A stretch of 64,000 nucleotides of DNA. Origin: Planctomycetota bacterium. GTDB taxonomy: Bacteria > Planctomycetota > SZUA-567. A program made the translations under genes and the position numbers. The stretch is from NCBI GenBank assembly GCA_963556115.3, contig CAUVYI020000026.1, forward strand, positions 7,029 through 71,028. The letters are read 5' to 3'. The notes beneath the pieces are model-generated. The model was not told the origin of the DNA. It saw only the letters and a list, made by a program, of their open reading frames with translations, and did not search any database. This document shows, in pieces, positions 39,317 through 48,250 of this stretch; the first letter of the stretch is position 1; each line of letters opens with the position of its first letter.

Positions 39317-39350
39317 CGGTTTGCGATTAAAATTACGTTGCTGTTTTTTC

Positions 39351-40520
39351 TTACATTCTTACCACGTGAGCGCCGTCCCAAGTCTTGCAGATATGCATCT
39401 CAGCATCAATACCAGTCTTTTCTTTATAGCGTAGCGCTAGTTCCTGAGCAAAGGTTTCAGCTTGATCCGCTGCGACCAGATTTACGGTACAGCCTCCGAA
39501 GCCTCCGCCGGAGAGGCGACGACCGTAAAGGCCGTCTATGCCTTCAGCGCAATCGTACATTATGTCGAGTTCATGGCAGGAATTATCAAAGTCATCCCGG
39601 CTGGAAATATGCGATTGGTTCATGCATTCGCCCATCTTGTGCAGATCACCATTCTCCAGAGCTGTAACCCCATCGACGACCCGCTGATTCTCTGTAATAA
39701 TATGCTTGGCGCGTCTGAGGACATCGGGTTCAAGACCGGAACTCTCGGACGTCATCTCCTCTACACTGACATCCCGTAGATGCGTGACAGTTTTGGGGCT
39801 GAGCTTCTCGGCAAAGTATTCGCTAGCACTAAAGCAACATTCACGCAGGCGGTTGTAGGCACCGTCTACCAGTGAGTGTTCGGCTTTGGTGTTGGCTATG
39901 ACCAGTTCAATATTTGCTCCTAGCGGGATATGGCGATATCGCTGCAGATCCCGGCAATCTAGGTATACTAGGTGATCGCGCTTACCCATGGTTGAGGAGA
40001 ATTGATCAAGAATGCCGCAGTTCATGCCGACAAAGCTATTCTCGGCAGCCTGGGCGGTGAGGGCAATTTGGATGGGATCCATCTCGAACCCGAATAAAGA
40101 CTTGAGCAGGTAAATGGTGGCTACCTCTAAAGCGGCACTGCTGGAAAGCCCGGCACCGAGGGGGACATTGCCGTCTAGTACCGCGTTGAAACCTCCAAGC
40201 TTGATTCCCTGTTTATTCAATTCGCTCACCACACCTTGGATATAGTTGATCCAGAAATTCTCTTGCTGCAGCTTGGGAGCCGCAATGTTGAATGAGTCTT
40301 TGCAGCCAAATGACGTGGCGTAGACTGTGCCGGTAGTGCCGGGAGCTTTGCTCCCGCAGAGGACAATCTCACGGTCAATTGCGGCTGAAAGAATGAATCC
40401 TTCATTGTAATCGGTGTGGTTTCCCAGTACTTCTACGCGTCCTGGGGCGACACCGCAAAACTCGGCCTCCCCGCCAAACTGCTCGGTATAGGTCTGAGCA
40501 GCAATTTGAATCAGTTCCAT
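39351..40520 (-). CDS. galK: Galactokinase
   Basis: GHMP-kinase motifs GNHTDYNEG and GAGLSSSAALEVA. Confidence 0.9.
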   Translation of the reverse strand: MELIQIAAQTYTEQFGGEAEFCGVAPGRVEVLGNHTDYNEGFILSAAIDREIVLCGSKAPGTTGTVYATSFGCKDSFNIAAPKLQQENFWINYIQGVVSELNKQGIKLGGFNAVLDGNVPLGAGLSSSAALEVATIYLLKSLFGFEMDPIQIALTAQAAENSFVGMNCGILDQFSSTMGKRDHLVYLDCRDLQRYRHIPLGANIELVIANTKAEHSLVDGAYNRLRECCFSASEYFAEKLSPKTVTHLRDVSVEEMTSESSGLEPDVLRRAKHIITENQRVVDGVTALENGDLHKMGECMNQSHISSRDDFDNSCHELDIMYDCAEGIDGLYGRRLSGGGFGGCTVNLVAADQAETFAQELALRYKEKTGIDAEMHICKTWDGAHVVRM

Positions 40521-40580
40521 TAAGTAATCTCCTTAATATTTATGGTTAAAATATAAATCCTTCCCTTTTATATATTGTTG

Positions 40581-41897
40581 TTACTGTTGCTGAGTGGTAT
40601 TCTTGTTTATGCCGACTCTGAAGGCGCCGAATTTGAGAATACCGGTGTATACGGCGTCGATGCCGTTGCTTTTGGCCAGTTTGATAAAGCTTGGAGTTGC
40701 ATCCCCGATGAGCCAAATACTCCGTGAACCTTTGACTTTGGGCAGTTTGGCCAGCTCTTTCTGCATGAATTTATTGTTGGTTGCGTAGTCGAAGGGGAGT
40801 ATGGCGATGAGATCGCCTGCTTTGGTTATACCATAAATTCGGTCATTGGCTGTAGCAAAGCTGAGGAAGGTTATATTGGTGGCGTTCTGTTCGAGTGCCG
40901 CCATTAATTGGAGTTGCGTGAAGAGTATCTCTGCAGTATCTACTTTCTTGCAATTTGCCAGTACCTCTAGTACCTGGGGCATATTTTTTAGATCCTTGAG
41001 ATGCATGCAGTAGAGAGTTATATAGGCTTTTTGGTGCGGGTTATAATTGGGGTTGTTGAGAAACTCCAGGTATGCCGTATATGGCGGTGAATCTTTGGTG
41101 TAGCCTAACTTGCCGGTAAAAATTTTCAGAAGCTGGCGGTTGAGTTCCAAGGGACTATTGTCACGGATAAGTTTTTCGGTGACGTCTTTGGCCTGTCCCG
41201 GAGTGAGTGCACCACTGGTTACGGTACCGAGAGAACTTAGACCTGGTGTTGCAATATAGGAGGCGGCAGAGACTCCAATCGACCCGGCCCACTGTTTTTT
41301 GCTGACCTCTTTGAGCAATGCAATAACCAGCGGATTGGCTGAATAGACATCGAGATGGAGGTCATAAGCGGCTTTGCGTGCGACATCCTCGGTCATAAAA
41401 TTCCCTGCACCTTTATTGAGATCTTCTCCGGTACTGCTCTTCGGTTTCTTCTTGACCAGACCCTTGAAGAAGCTTCCTATGGCTCGGCCGGTTTTGGCTA
41501 CCGAACGTCCCATTGCTGCCGCAGAGTCGCCAGGATGGAGAACTATTGACTTGGCACCTTTTCCGATGCTGCTGACCGAGTCTTTCGCGCCTTTCCAGAC
41601 CTGATTACCCTGAGGGGTGCTTTTGTACCATTCGATAACACTGAGTTCATAGAGGGTCTTTAGCAGCCCTGGTATGCCGGTAACCTCGATCTGGGCAGAG
41701 TCTACAGGTGTTATCGTGAATGTATAATATTCTCCGTCAATCTTGACGTTTGACGCAATGCTGTAACCTGCACCCTGCTGGGGGACAATACTGTTTATGG
41801 ACTTGATGTCCTGGTAGTGGATGTCATCTGCAGCATGTGACAAAGAGATGATACAGGTGGCAAGGAGCGGTAGAAGCAGGGTAAGTTGTTTTCTCAT
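40581..41897 (-). CDS. Secreted protein of unknown function (about 438 aa)
   Basis: Signal peptide LLLPLLATCIISLSHA. GGAGAG lies 6 nt before the ATG at 41897. No motif recognised. Confidence 0.6.
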   Translation of the reverse strand: MRKQLTLLLPLLATCIISLSHAADDIHYQDIKSINSIVPQQGAGYSIASNVKIDGEYYTFTITPVDSAQIEVTGIPGLLKTLYELSVIEWYKSTPQGNQVWKGAKDSVSSIGKGAKSIVLHPGDSAAAMGRSVAKTGRAIGSFFKGLVKKKPKSSTGEDLNKGAGNFMTEDVARKAAYDLHLDVYSANPLVIALLKEVSKKQWAGSIGVSAASYIATPGLSSLGTVTSGALTPGQAKDVTEKLIRDNSPLELNRQLLKIFTGKLGYTKDSPPYTAYLEFLNNPNYNPHQKAYITLYCMHLKDLKNMPQVLEVLANCKKVDTAEILFTQLQLMAALEQNATNITFLSFATANDRIYGITKAGDLIAILPFDYATNNKFMQKELAKLPKVKGSRSIWLIGDATPSFIKLAKSNGIDAVYTGILKFGAFRVGINKNTTQQQ

Positions 41898-41985
41898 CAA
41901 TATCTCTCCGGCTATATAGTTTATAATATAATGATTTTGAATTTATTAATTATATGTAAGAGCTATTTCAGGTGTTAGCCCTTTT

Positions 41986-42010
41986 ATAAAAAAACCCGGA
42001 TAAACCGGGT
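41986..42010 (-). terminator. Intrinsic terminator/attenuator in the 5' leader (ACCCGG-UUUAU-CCGGGU + U7 on the minus strand)
   Basis: A 6-bp stem and U-run read on the reverse complement. It lies between the structured element and the downstream start codon. Confidence 0.5.
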
Positions 42011-42021
42011 AAAAACTAAAA

Positions 42022-42190
42022 CCATCATGTCGTGGAGCAGTAGATTCTGGAACCGCTGTGTTCCAGGTGGGCACCGCAGTATACAAGGCAGAAATCCGTT
42101 TCAATGACGGCATGACCGCACAGGTACATTTTCTTGGTTCCCTCTATCGAATATAGGTTCACAAATATGCTGCAAACACGAGCATGATAG
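42022..42190 (-). promoter_or_regulatory. Candidate riboswitch-like structured leader RNA (class not assigned)
   Basis: A 13-bp closing helix (42190-42177 with 42034-42022), an inner helix (42173-42165 with 42084-42076), and hairpins at 42141-42157, 42096-42110 and 42047-42066. No ORF. Confidence 0.4.
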
Positions 42191-42253
42191 AAGTAATTTT
42201 TTAGTATTTTACCTCTTTTGCACCGTAATACAATGGAAATATTGGTATTCTTC

Positions 42254-42335
42254 TATATAATTAATATTTCCTGAGTCTTTGGAGCCTGTATTTGTATATA
42301 ATTGATATTTCCTAAGTCTTTGGAGCTTGTATTTG
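42254..42335. repeat. Tandem direct duplication, 2 x 41 bp with 3 mismatches
   Basis: TATATAATTAATATTTCCTGAGTCTTTGGAGCCTGTATTTG is followed by TATATAATTGATATTTCCTAAGTCTTTGGAGCTTGTATTTG. Confidence 0.9.
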
Positions 42336-42350
42336 AGTTATGAGGTGTTG

Positions 42351-43481
42351 ATGAATATATTGCGTTTGATCAGATTTCCCGAGCTGTTTGTTGCCTTATC
42401 ATCCGTGCTTGCTGGGTTTTACTTTGTATTATTCTCGGGTCTGGGCGGGGGGAGAATCGGATATCTACCCCAAGCTGCAGGGGCAGCTGTCTTACTTGTT
42501 TGGGCCGGGGCGGCTTGGAATGAGATGTTTGATTATAATGATAAAAATTATAATGTATCCAAACTGCTCTTCTCCAAGATATCCTTGAGCTTGGGCTTTA
42601 TCCTCGGATCAACTCTCTTTATCGTTGCCTTGATGTTGAGTATGACGATATCATTGGTAAGTTTCTTCATTACTGCGTCCTATATTCTTATTGCCTTAAC
42701 CTTTAATACTCTTATTAGAGATATACCGGTTTTACAGGCGGTGTTCTTCGCAGCGCAGTTTGTCTTGATAATGCTGCTGGGGATGAGCGCTCATGCCAAT
42801 TTTATTTATATTGTTTATGAACCGACTGTCTTCGTCGCCCTTTGCGCTGTTTTTATTTATGTTGCGTTACTCCGGGTAATTAAGAATGTCAATGTGATTA
42901 TCGAGAGTGCTGAAGAAGCCAAGCAAGATAATGACTATGAGCGAGAGTCTCTGGAATTATCTACCGAGATTGATTCGGTATATCCAGGTAAAGTTGATAA
43001 GGAGCATGAAAGTGACTATGGGGCTGCGTGCAAACTCAGTGATAGTCTTATCAAGCGTAATCTGGGGGTGATACTGCCTGAGGCGAAGACAGGAGAGAGA
43101 GTTGAGGCAAATCATCCTAACCGGAATAAGGTTCGGGTTGAAGGGGTTTGGGTCGTCTATATCGCGTCGTTACTCTTGTTGTTGTTACCGGTGGTTGTGG
43201 CTTTTTTATATTCGTTTGAGATTATTCTAATCGCTATAATGAGCCTCAACATTGTGTTCTTGCTCTTTCCGCTTGTGAAGGTTTTAAGTAAGAACAATAT
43301 TACGGTAATATATGGATTTTATTATGATGGTATTATTAGCATTTCTCTGTTCAATACGCTGTTAGTTGTATCTAGTGCTAAAAGTACTGACTCAAAAGAG
43401 CTTCTGATAATCGCAGGAATTATTGCCGGTATGGTTGTTCCACAGCTTATTTTGAAGAAATATTTCATAAAAACAAGATAA
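42351..43481 (+). CDS. Polytopic membrane protein; UbiA-like N-terminal third (weak) with a large hydrophilic insertion
   Basis: The ATG at 42351 follows GAGGTG. NEMFDYND resembles, but does not match, the NxxxDxxxD prenyltransferase motif. A charged segment of about 95 aa separates the TM bundles. Confidence 0.6.
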   Translation: MNILRLIRFPELFVALSSVLAGFYFVLFSGLGGGRIGYLPQAAGAAVLLVWAGAAWNEMFDYNDKNYNVSKLLFSKISLSLGFILGSTLFIVALMLSMTISLVSFFITASYILIALTFNTLIRDIPVLQAVFFAAQFVLIMLLGMSAHANFIYIVYEPTVFVALCAVFIYVALLRVIKNVNVIIESAEEAKQDNDYERESLELSTEIDSVYPGKVDKEHESDYGAACKLSDSLIKRNLGVILPEAKTGERVEANHPNRNKVRVEGVWVVYIASLLLLLLPVVVAFLYSFEIILIAIMSLNIVFLLFPLVKVLSKNNITVIYGFYYDGIISISLFNTLLVVSSAKSTDSKELLIIAGIIAGMVVPQLILKKYFIKTR

Positions 43482-43592
43482 TATACAATAGTTTTCGGAA
43501 ATTAGTTATTTGGTGTTGAAGTTAAGTCTTTGTATGTAAATGTCTTGTGTGTTTGTTTGTTTTTTTTATTAGTTTTGTTAGATAGTCCAAAC

Positions 43593-43620
43593 TTGACAAT
43601 TCAAAATTGTAGTTTATTAT
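43593..43620 (+). promoter_or_regulatory. Candidate sigma-70 promoter TTGACA-N16-TATTAT
   Basis: Counted directly. About 160 nt upstream of the ORF at 43782. Confidence 0.4.
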
Positions 43621-43781
43621 AACTATAGATAGACACTTCTTCAGAGTAATTGTTCTGTACTGTTTTCAAAAAATGTCATTAATTGGTCTGAATTTGCTTG
43701 GGTTAGATTAGTCATTTTAGCACTTGTCTATGGGTTTGGTTGAGAGTTGTTTTTGAATAATGAGTATTTTTTTAAGGGGGA

Positions 43782-44171
43782 ATGATGCAAAAAAATCAGA
43801 TATGCGTGGTAGAAGGTTGTGAAAATCCTGTACATGCAAAAGGTTATTGCAGAAAGCACTACGGGCAACTCTGGAGAAAAGGGCGGATATACTCGGAAAA
43901 AGATAATAATTATACTCATGATGGTGATTGTGATTCTGACCGTATCAGAGCATTGCAGCGCGAACTGAAACGGGCTCAGACTATGTATAATAATGTTATT
44001 GGCTTTGAAGGGCGTATCAAATGGAGACGGGAAATAGATGAGGTCAAGGCTGAAATGAAACGCTTGGGAATCGATCCTGTTGAATATCGTAAACCGGTTA
44101 TGGAAGAAGAGGATAACCTGTTTGGTGAACTCCTCACCGTCGATGAAGCTGTTTTTGATGACGAGCTTTAA
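43782..44171 (+). CDS. Small protein with an N-terminal CCCH zinc-ribbon motif (C-x3-GC-x10-C-x2-H), a coiled coil and an acidic tail
   Basis: CVVEGCENPVHAKGYCRKHYGQLWRKGR resembles the repeated Zn-ribbon motif seen in some HNH-associated or phage proteins. It has an SD (AAGGGGG) and is followed by a strong terminator. Confidence 0.6.
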   Translation: MMQKNQICVVEGCENPVHAKGYCRKHYGQLWRKGRIYSEKDNNYTHDGDCDSDRIRALQRELKRAQTMYNNVIGFEGRIKWRREIDEVKAEMKRLGIDPVEYRKPVMEEEDNLFGELLTVDEAVFDDEL

Positions 44172-44197
44172 ATGCTGATTAACATGGGTTGAATTGA

Positions 44198-44236
44198 AAG
44201 AGGTGACCGCAGTATTGCGGTCACCTCTTGGTTTTT
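44198..44236 (+). terminator. Rho-independent terminator (13-bp perfect stem AAGAGGTGACCGC / GCGGTCACCTCTT, then GGTTTTT)
   Basis: Read directly, 27 nt after the stop at 44171. Confidence 0.85.
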
Positions 44237-44281
44237 GACTCGATTTTTCTTTTGGGTTAGGAGAAATTCTTATTCTGAATA

Positions 44282-44734
44282 TTAGCTTTTAGGCGTTATC
44301 TTGATTGTGTTATTGTGGTAGATCTTCCAGGTGCTCTTGGGTTCGATCTCGCTCTTGGCGGTAACAAGCGGCTCACTATCAAGGTCTGGTTGGGCAAATT
44401 CCACCCAGATCTGTATGTTGTTATGTAGGTGCATATAGAGTCTTTTGCAGGTATCACTCATAAGTACATAGCCACGTTCTATACAAATTTTGTTGCTAAG
44501 GTTGAGGACTGTACTCTCAGTCATCCCGAGCTTGAGAGTCCTATAGAGCTGGATTGCTGGACCAGATGCTTCACGTTTTCCCGTAGCCGGATGGGATATC
44601 ATATATTTAACCTTTTCCGTAGTTTTCTGGCTTACTCGTGAATTGGTATTTGGGGAGCGTGGTCTTTTTTCTTGCATAATGAAGCATGTCAGCAGTTGAA
44701 AATACGCCTTGCGTTGGGATTCCTCTTGGAGCAT
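44282..44734 (-). CDS. Hypothetical protein (start uncertain)
   Basis: ORF only. No confident motif. AT-rich context. Confidence 0.4.
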   Translation of the reverse strand: MLQEESQRKAYFQLLTCFIMQEKRPRSPNTNSRVSQKTTEKVKYMISHPATGKREASGPAIQLYRTLKLGMTESTVLNLSNKICIERGYVLMSDTCKRLYMHLHNNIQIWVEFAQPDLDSEPLVTAKSEIEPKSTWKIYHNNTIKITPKS

Positions 44735-44884
44735 TCGGATATATCCTTATTAGTGCTTTGTGTGAATATTTGAGGCCAATATGGTTAAAGCCGGTGTTTA
44801 TACCTGTTAATTATGCAAAAAGCTGATTGTCTTTCAGAAAAACTGCTGGGTTACTATTTTTTTTAGCAGGGGAGGATATGTCGC

Positions 44885-45391
44885 TTATTGCAGGCTGGAG
44901 AGAATACCGATAATTTCGTGTTCGTCTTCGGCGTAGAGCAGGGCTGAAGGCAGCCAGTCTTCCTGCAGAAAACTCTGAGCAATCCACTTGTAAAAGTGTT
45001 GCGCTTTTTTGGTATCATATGACGGACAGGCAATACCGAAGAAGATGTGTACCAGTTCTCCGTCCAGTGCTTCGAACCAGACACCTTCCTGACTGCGAGC
45101 AAAAATTATACCCATAGCCTTGGGGGTCATGCTTCTGATATCCAGAACCGCTATGCCACCACCTTTGGCACTACTGGAACTCTTCTCAAAATTGGTCATC
45201 TCGGTCAGAAACTTAGAGCTGTTTCTGATTACGCCGGTCTTGACGAAGAGGGTTGTGAGTTCGGATATGACCTCGCTTTTAAGTCTCCAGAGTTCGGCTG
45301 AATAGTTTTTTTCGGCGTCAATTTCATCCAGATGACCGCAGACCATCCCTAACTGAATGTATTCAGGTTTGAGATAGCGTGAAATATACAT
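44885..45391 (-). CDS. PTS EIIA type-2 (PtsN/EIIA-Ntr-like) domain protein with Asp at the phospho-His position
   Basis: It aligns by eye to E. coli PtsN; GNGIAIPHGK corresponds to GGGIAVLDIR. Confidence 0.7.
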   Translation of the reverse strand: MYISRYLKPEYIQLGMVCGHLDEIDAEKNYSAELWRLKSEVISELTTLFVKTGVIRNSSKFLTEMTNFEKSSSSAKGGGIAVLDIRSMTPKAMGIIFARSQEGVWFEALDGELVHIFFGIACPSYDTKKAQHFYKWIAQSFLQEDWLPSALLYAEDEHEIIGILSSLQ

Positions 45392-45403
45392 TATGTTCTC
45401 CGT

Positions 45404-47149
45404 TTATTCATCTAGTTGCGGTCCAGGGCGCCTACCCATGGCTTGCATCGCATCAATCTTGAGGTAGGTCTTGGCGGGTAGGTCTGGGTTGATCTCAAGC
45501 TTGAACAGGGTAAGCCTGCCGGCATGTTCTGCTTCGCGCCGCGAGTGTTGACTCTGACTGATTTTCACTACTTTGCCATAACTTTGCAGATGCGTCTCTT
45601 GCGAGGAACGATCGATAAGATATACCGTAGAGCCGATATATTTCTTTTGCTGTAAATAACTCTCGTTATGAATGAGTACGGCAGTATCGGGTATGTAGAA
45701 CATAACCCGGAAGAAATCCATGCCGCCGCGATGATTGGCATTATGCAGGAGTATTGCATCTTCAGGGATTTTGTCTTTGACCGCTTGTAAAAAGATAGTG
45801 TCGTCCAGAGTCTGGTCGGTATGGGTCGCAATGAAGGTGTAGCCAAACATGGCAATAACTAGGATTGCTCCGATAAATGCCGCAAATGAGATAGTACCTT
45901 GTTTGCGGGAGAATCCATAGAATAGCAGTGTGCTACAGATAATGATACCGGTTATAAGAACTCCAACCCAGAATACGGAAGCGTGTAATTGTTTATGCAA
46001 AAACCATAGCGGTATAGTAAGGATCACGGAGAGGATTATACCGACAAGCGGACTCCTGAAGCGCTTGGGAATACATAGAATCCACTCCCAGACCCAGCGT
46101 AGGGACAAGGCAGCATAAATGGCCCAAGCGCCGGTGATATGCAGCATATAATGGTGGTGTTTACTCTGTGAAAAAGTGAAAATAACCAGGGGGAGGATGG
46201 CCCAGCAGAAGGTAAAACGGATGGCCGAGTAGCGCTCGGTAAATACCGGCTTGAAGCAGATTATTATGCCGATAAGGCAGAAGACTGTCCAAGGAGCGGT
46301 TATCGCCGGCATCTCCCGCAAGTAGTAATACCACGGTTGCTGAAGATAGCCCTGATTCAGCCTGCCAAATAGATCTGAATACCATACATCTACGGCACCG
46401 TCGACAGTATAACCTACATATATTGCCCAGGAACTGGCGCAGATGAGAAAGATTAGCCAACCCCAGAGCCAGATATATCGGAGGATCTTCTTGAAATCAA
46501 GATTCCATAGCAGAAATCCGGCTATAGGGATACTGCTCATGACTGTACCGAAGATCAATCCTTTGGCCATATTGGTGAGACCAAGGGCGATAAAGAGCAG
46601 GAGCACCGGTAGTGGTCTCCAGCCAAAGAAGTTCAGACTTTCATGCTTGCGGCATTTATAATCTGGGCTGAACTCGAGAGTGACAAATAGATACATGATA
46701 AAATAGATAAGGGCACAGAGAAATATATCGTCCTCTGCGAGCCAGGAGTAGCTGAAGAATTCGAAGGAGGTGGCTTGTATAAAGCCGGCTAGGATGCCTG
46801 TGGCACTACCGAATAAACGGGTAGTAAGGTTAGCCAGGAGAATAACCGCCAGAATTCCCATGAGGGTTGGGGTGAGCCTTGCTTTCCAGGTTGTATCAAT
46901 CTTTCCGAAGGGAGCCGTAACTGCGGCCATAATCCAGTGCGGAAGAGGAGGACGCTCCACCCAGGGACGATCCCCGCTGTGGGGGACTATCCAGTCGCTG
47001 CTGGCTACCATTTCGTTGGTAGTCTGAGGAAGACGGGCTTCGTGCATGGTAAGTGGACGCCCACCGACCAGCGAATAACCGAAGAGGATTACACAATATA
47101 GAACCAATAAGATATAATGTCTAGTATACAAGGAAGAAGTGTGCGCCAT
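45404..47149 (-). CDS. ArnT/PMT-like membrane glycosyltransferase (GT39/GT83 type)
   Basis: 581 aa with more than 10 TM spans, a first-loop HEARLPQ..NEM motif and a C-terminal soluble domain. Confidence 0.75.
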   Translation of the reverse strand: MAHTSSLYTRHYILLVLYCVILFGYSLVGGRPLTMHEARLPQTTNEMVASSDWIVPHSGDRPWVERPPLPHWIMAAVTAPFGKIDTTWKARLTPTLMGILAVILLANLTTRLFGSATGILAGFIQATSFEFFSYSWLAEDDIFLCALIYFIMYLFVTLEFSPDYKCRKHESLNFFGWRPLPVLLLFIALGLTNMAKGLIFGTVMSSIPIAGFLLWNLDFKKILRYIWLWGWLIFLICASSWAIYVGYTVDGAVDVWYSDLFGRLNQGYLQQPWYYYLREMPAITAPWTVFCLIGIIICFKPVFTERYSAIRFTFCWAILPLVIFTFSQSKHHHYMLHITGAWAIYAALSLRWVWEWILCIPKRFRSPLVGIILSVILTIPLWFLHKQLHASVFWVGVLITGIIICSTLLFYGFSRKQGTISFAAFIGAILVIAMFGYTFIATHTDQTLDDTIFLQAVKDKIPEDAILLHNANHRGGMDFFRVMFYIPDTAVLIHNESYLQQKKYIGSTVYLIDRSSQETHLQSYGKVVKISQSQHSRREAEHAGRLTLFKLEINPDLPAKTYLKIDAMQAMGRRPGPQLDE

Positions 47150-47242
47150 TTATTTCCCCAGATTAGGTAGAAGTCACTAACAAAGAAATAGTTATTATAC
47201 TTTTCCTTTAGCAAATATCAAGTATTCTCTTATTACCGTCGG

Positions 47243-47644
47243 TTATTGGTCGAGACTGAATGCGTTACGGATGTGTTTGATCTCAGGGGTGCCGGATTTA
47301 GGCAGTATTATTGCTATAATGTCGGCTCTGAAGGAGTAATTCTGGTAGGAATGCTTGTGCAGGAAGTACTTGGCTGCCCGGGATATGCGTCGCTGCTTCG
47401 AAGGCGTTACTGCTTCCTCAGGTAGTCCAAAATCGGTAGAGCTTCGGGTCTTGACCTCGATGAAATTGATAAGTTGGTCATTACGGGCAATTATATCAAT
47501 TTCACCCTGCTTGCAGGTGAAATTGGTAGCCAGTATGGTGTATCCCGCAGCCTCTAAAAATTTTTCGGCAATACCCTCTCCTACATCGCCGAAAGCTTTA
47601 TTTGATCTAGTGAACAACCGTTGTATAATTTTTGTAAGTGCCAT
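47243..47644 (-). CDS. yraN: YraN-family (UPF0102) endonuclease-fold protein
   Basis: GEGIAEKFLEAAGY...GEIDIIA...FIEVKTR. Confidence 0.8.
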   Translation of the reverse strand: MALTKIIQRLFTRSNKAFGDVGEGIAEKFLEAAGYTILATNFTCKQGEIDIIARNDQLINFIEVKTRSSTDFGLPEEAVTPSKQRRISRAAKYFLHKHSYQNYSFRADIIAIILPKSGTPEIKHIRNAFSLDQ

Positions 47645-47663
47645 TTGTAAATAAAATTTGCAG

Positions 47664-48041
47664 TTAGGCAATAGCTATCGATGAAGTGCTGGCAAGAATT
47701 TCGATCTGGTTGATTGCCTTGATCAAGTCTTTGCTGCCAAAGGGCTTTTTGAGAACGAGGATGCGTTCGGAGCTCTTTGTGGCACAACTTTGAGGGATAA
47801 TCTGAAGTGCCGGACAGGTAAGATTTCCTGATTTTTGCATATTTTCAACTTCGAGGGCAAATTCAGTCTCTTTTTTGGAGTCTTCAAAGATGACAGTAAA
47901 GCATTCATGGTTATCGTTTAAGTAAGATGATCGCAGCTTGGAATTGCTGTCAACAATTATCGAATCGTATGTACTGGAAAGAACTATGGCTAGCTTTTGG
48001 CTCTGATGCCGATCTTTCATAGCTATGATAATCTTCTTCAT
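47664..48041 (-). CDS. Stand-alone CheY-like receiver domain protein (partly degenerate)
   Basis: Beta-alpha pattern with IFED as a candidate acceptor and KKPF at beta5. Only one acidic residue follows beta1. Confidence 0.55.
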   Translation of the reverse strand: MKKIIIAMKDRHQSQKLAIVLSSTYDSIIVDSNSKLRSSYLNDNHECFTVIFEDSKKETEFALEVENMQKSGNLTCPALQIIPQSCATKSSERILVLKKPFGSKDLIKAINQIEILASTSSIAIA

Positions 48042-48250
48042 GGTGATTTCCTTTACTTAAATACTACTTGAAAATAGACATTAAATAATATACACCTGTA
48101 TGTGCTGCGTATTATAGAAATATTAGAAATGAATTAGAGATAGCATTAATCGCTTATGAAAAATAATGATAAAATTTAAAAACATTTTGTGTATGTATTT
48201 TACAACAGGATTGTCCTTAAGCAAATAATAATTCAATAAAACATACACAT

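Noticed and set aside
42022-42190. Assigning the structured leader to the cobalamin riboswitch class. A cobO gene is in the window, and AGAGGGAACC and CCAGAAUCUACUGCUC loosely resemble the GGGAA core and the B12 box.
   Set aside because: The hairpin expected right after GGGAA (GGUG.AAAUCC) and the GCCACUG element are not present in recognisable form. The resemblance is too loose to claim without a covariance-model search.
42254-42335. CRISPR-like array.
   Set aside because: There are only two units, directly abutting with no spacer, and no cas genes.
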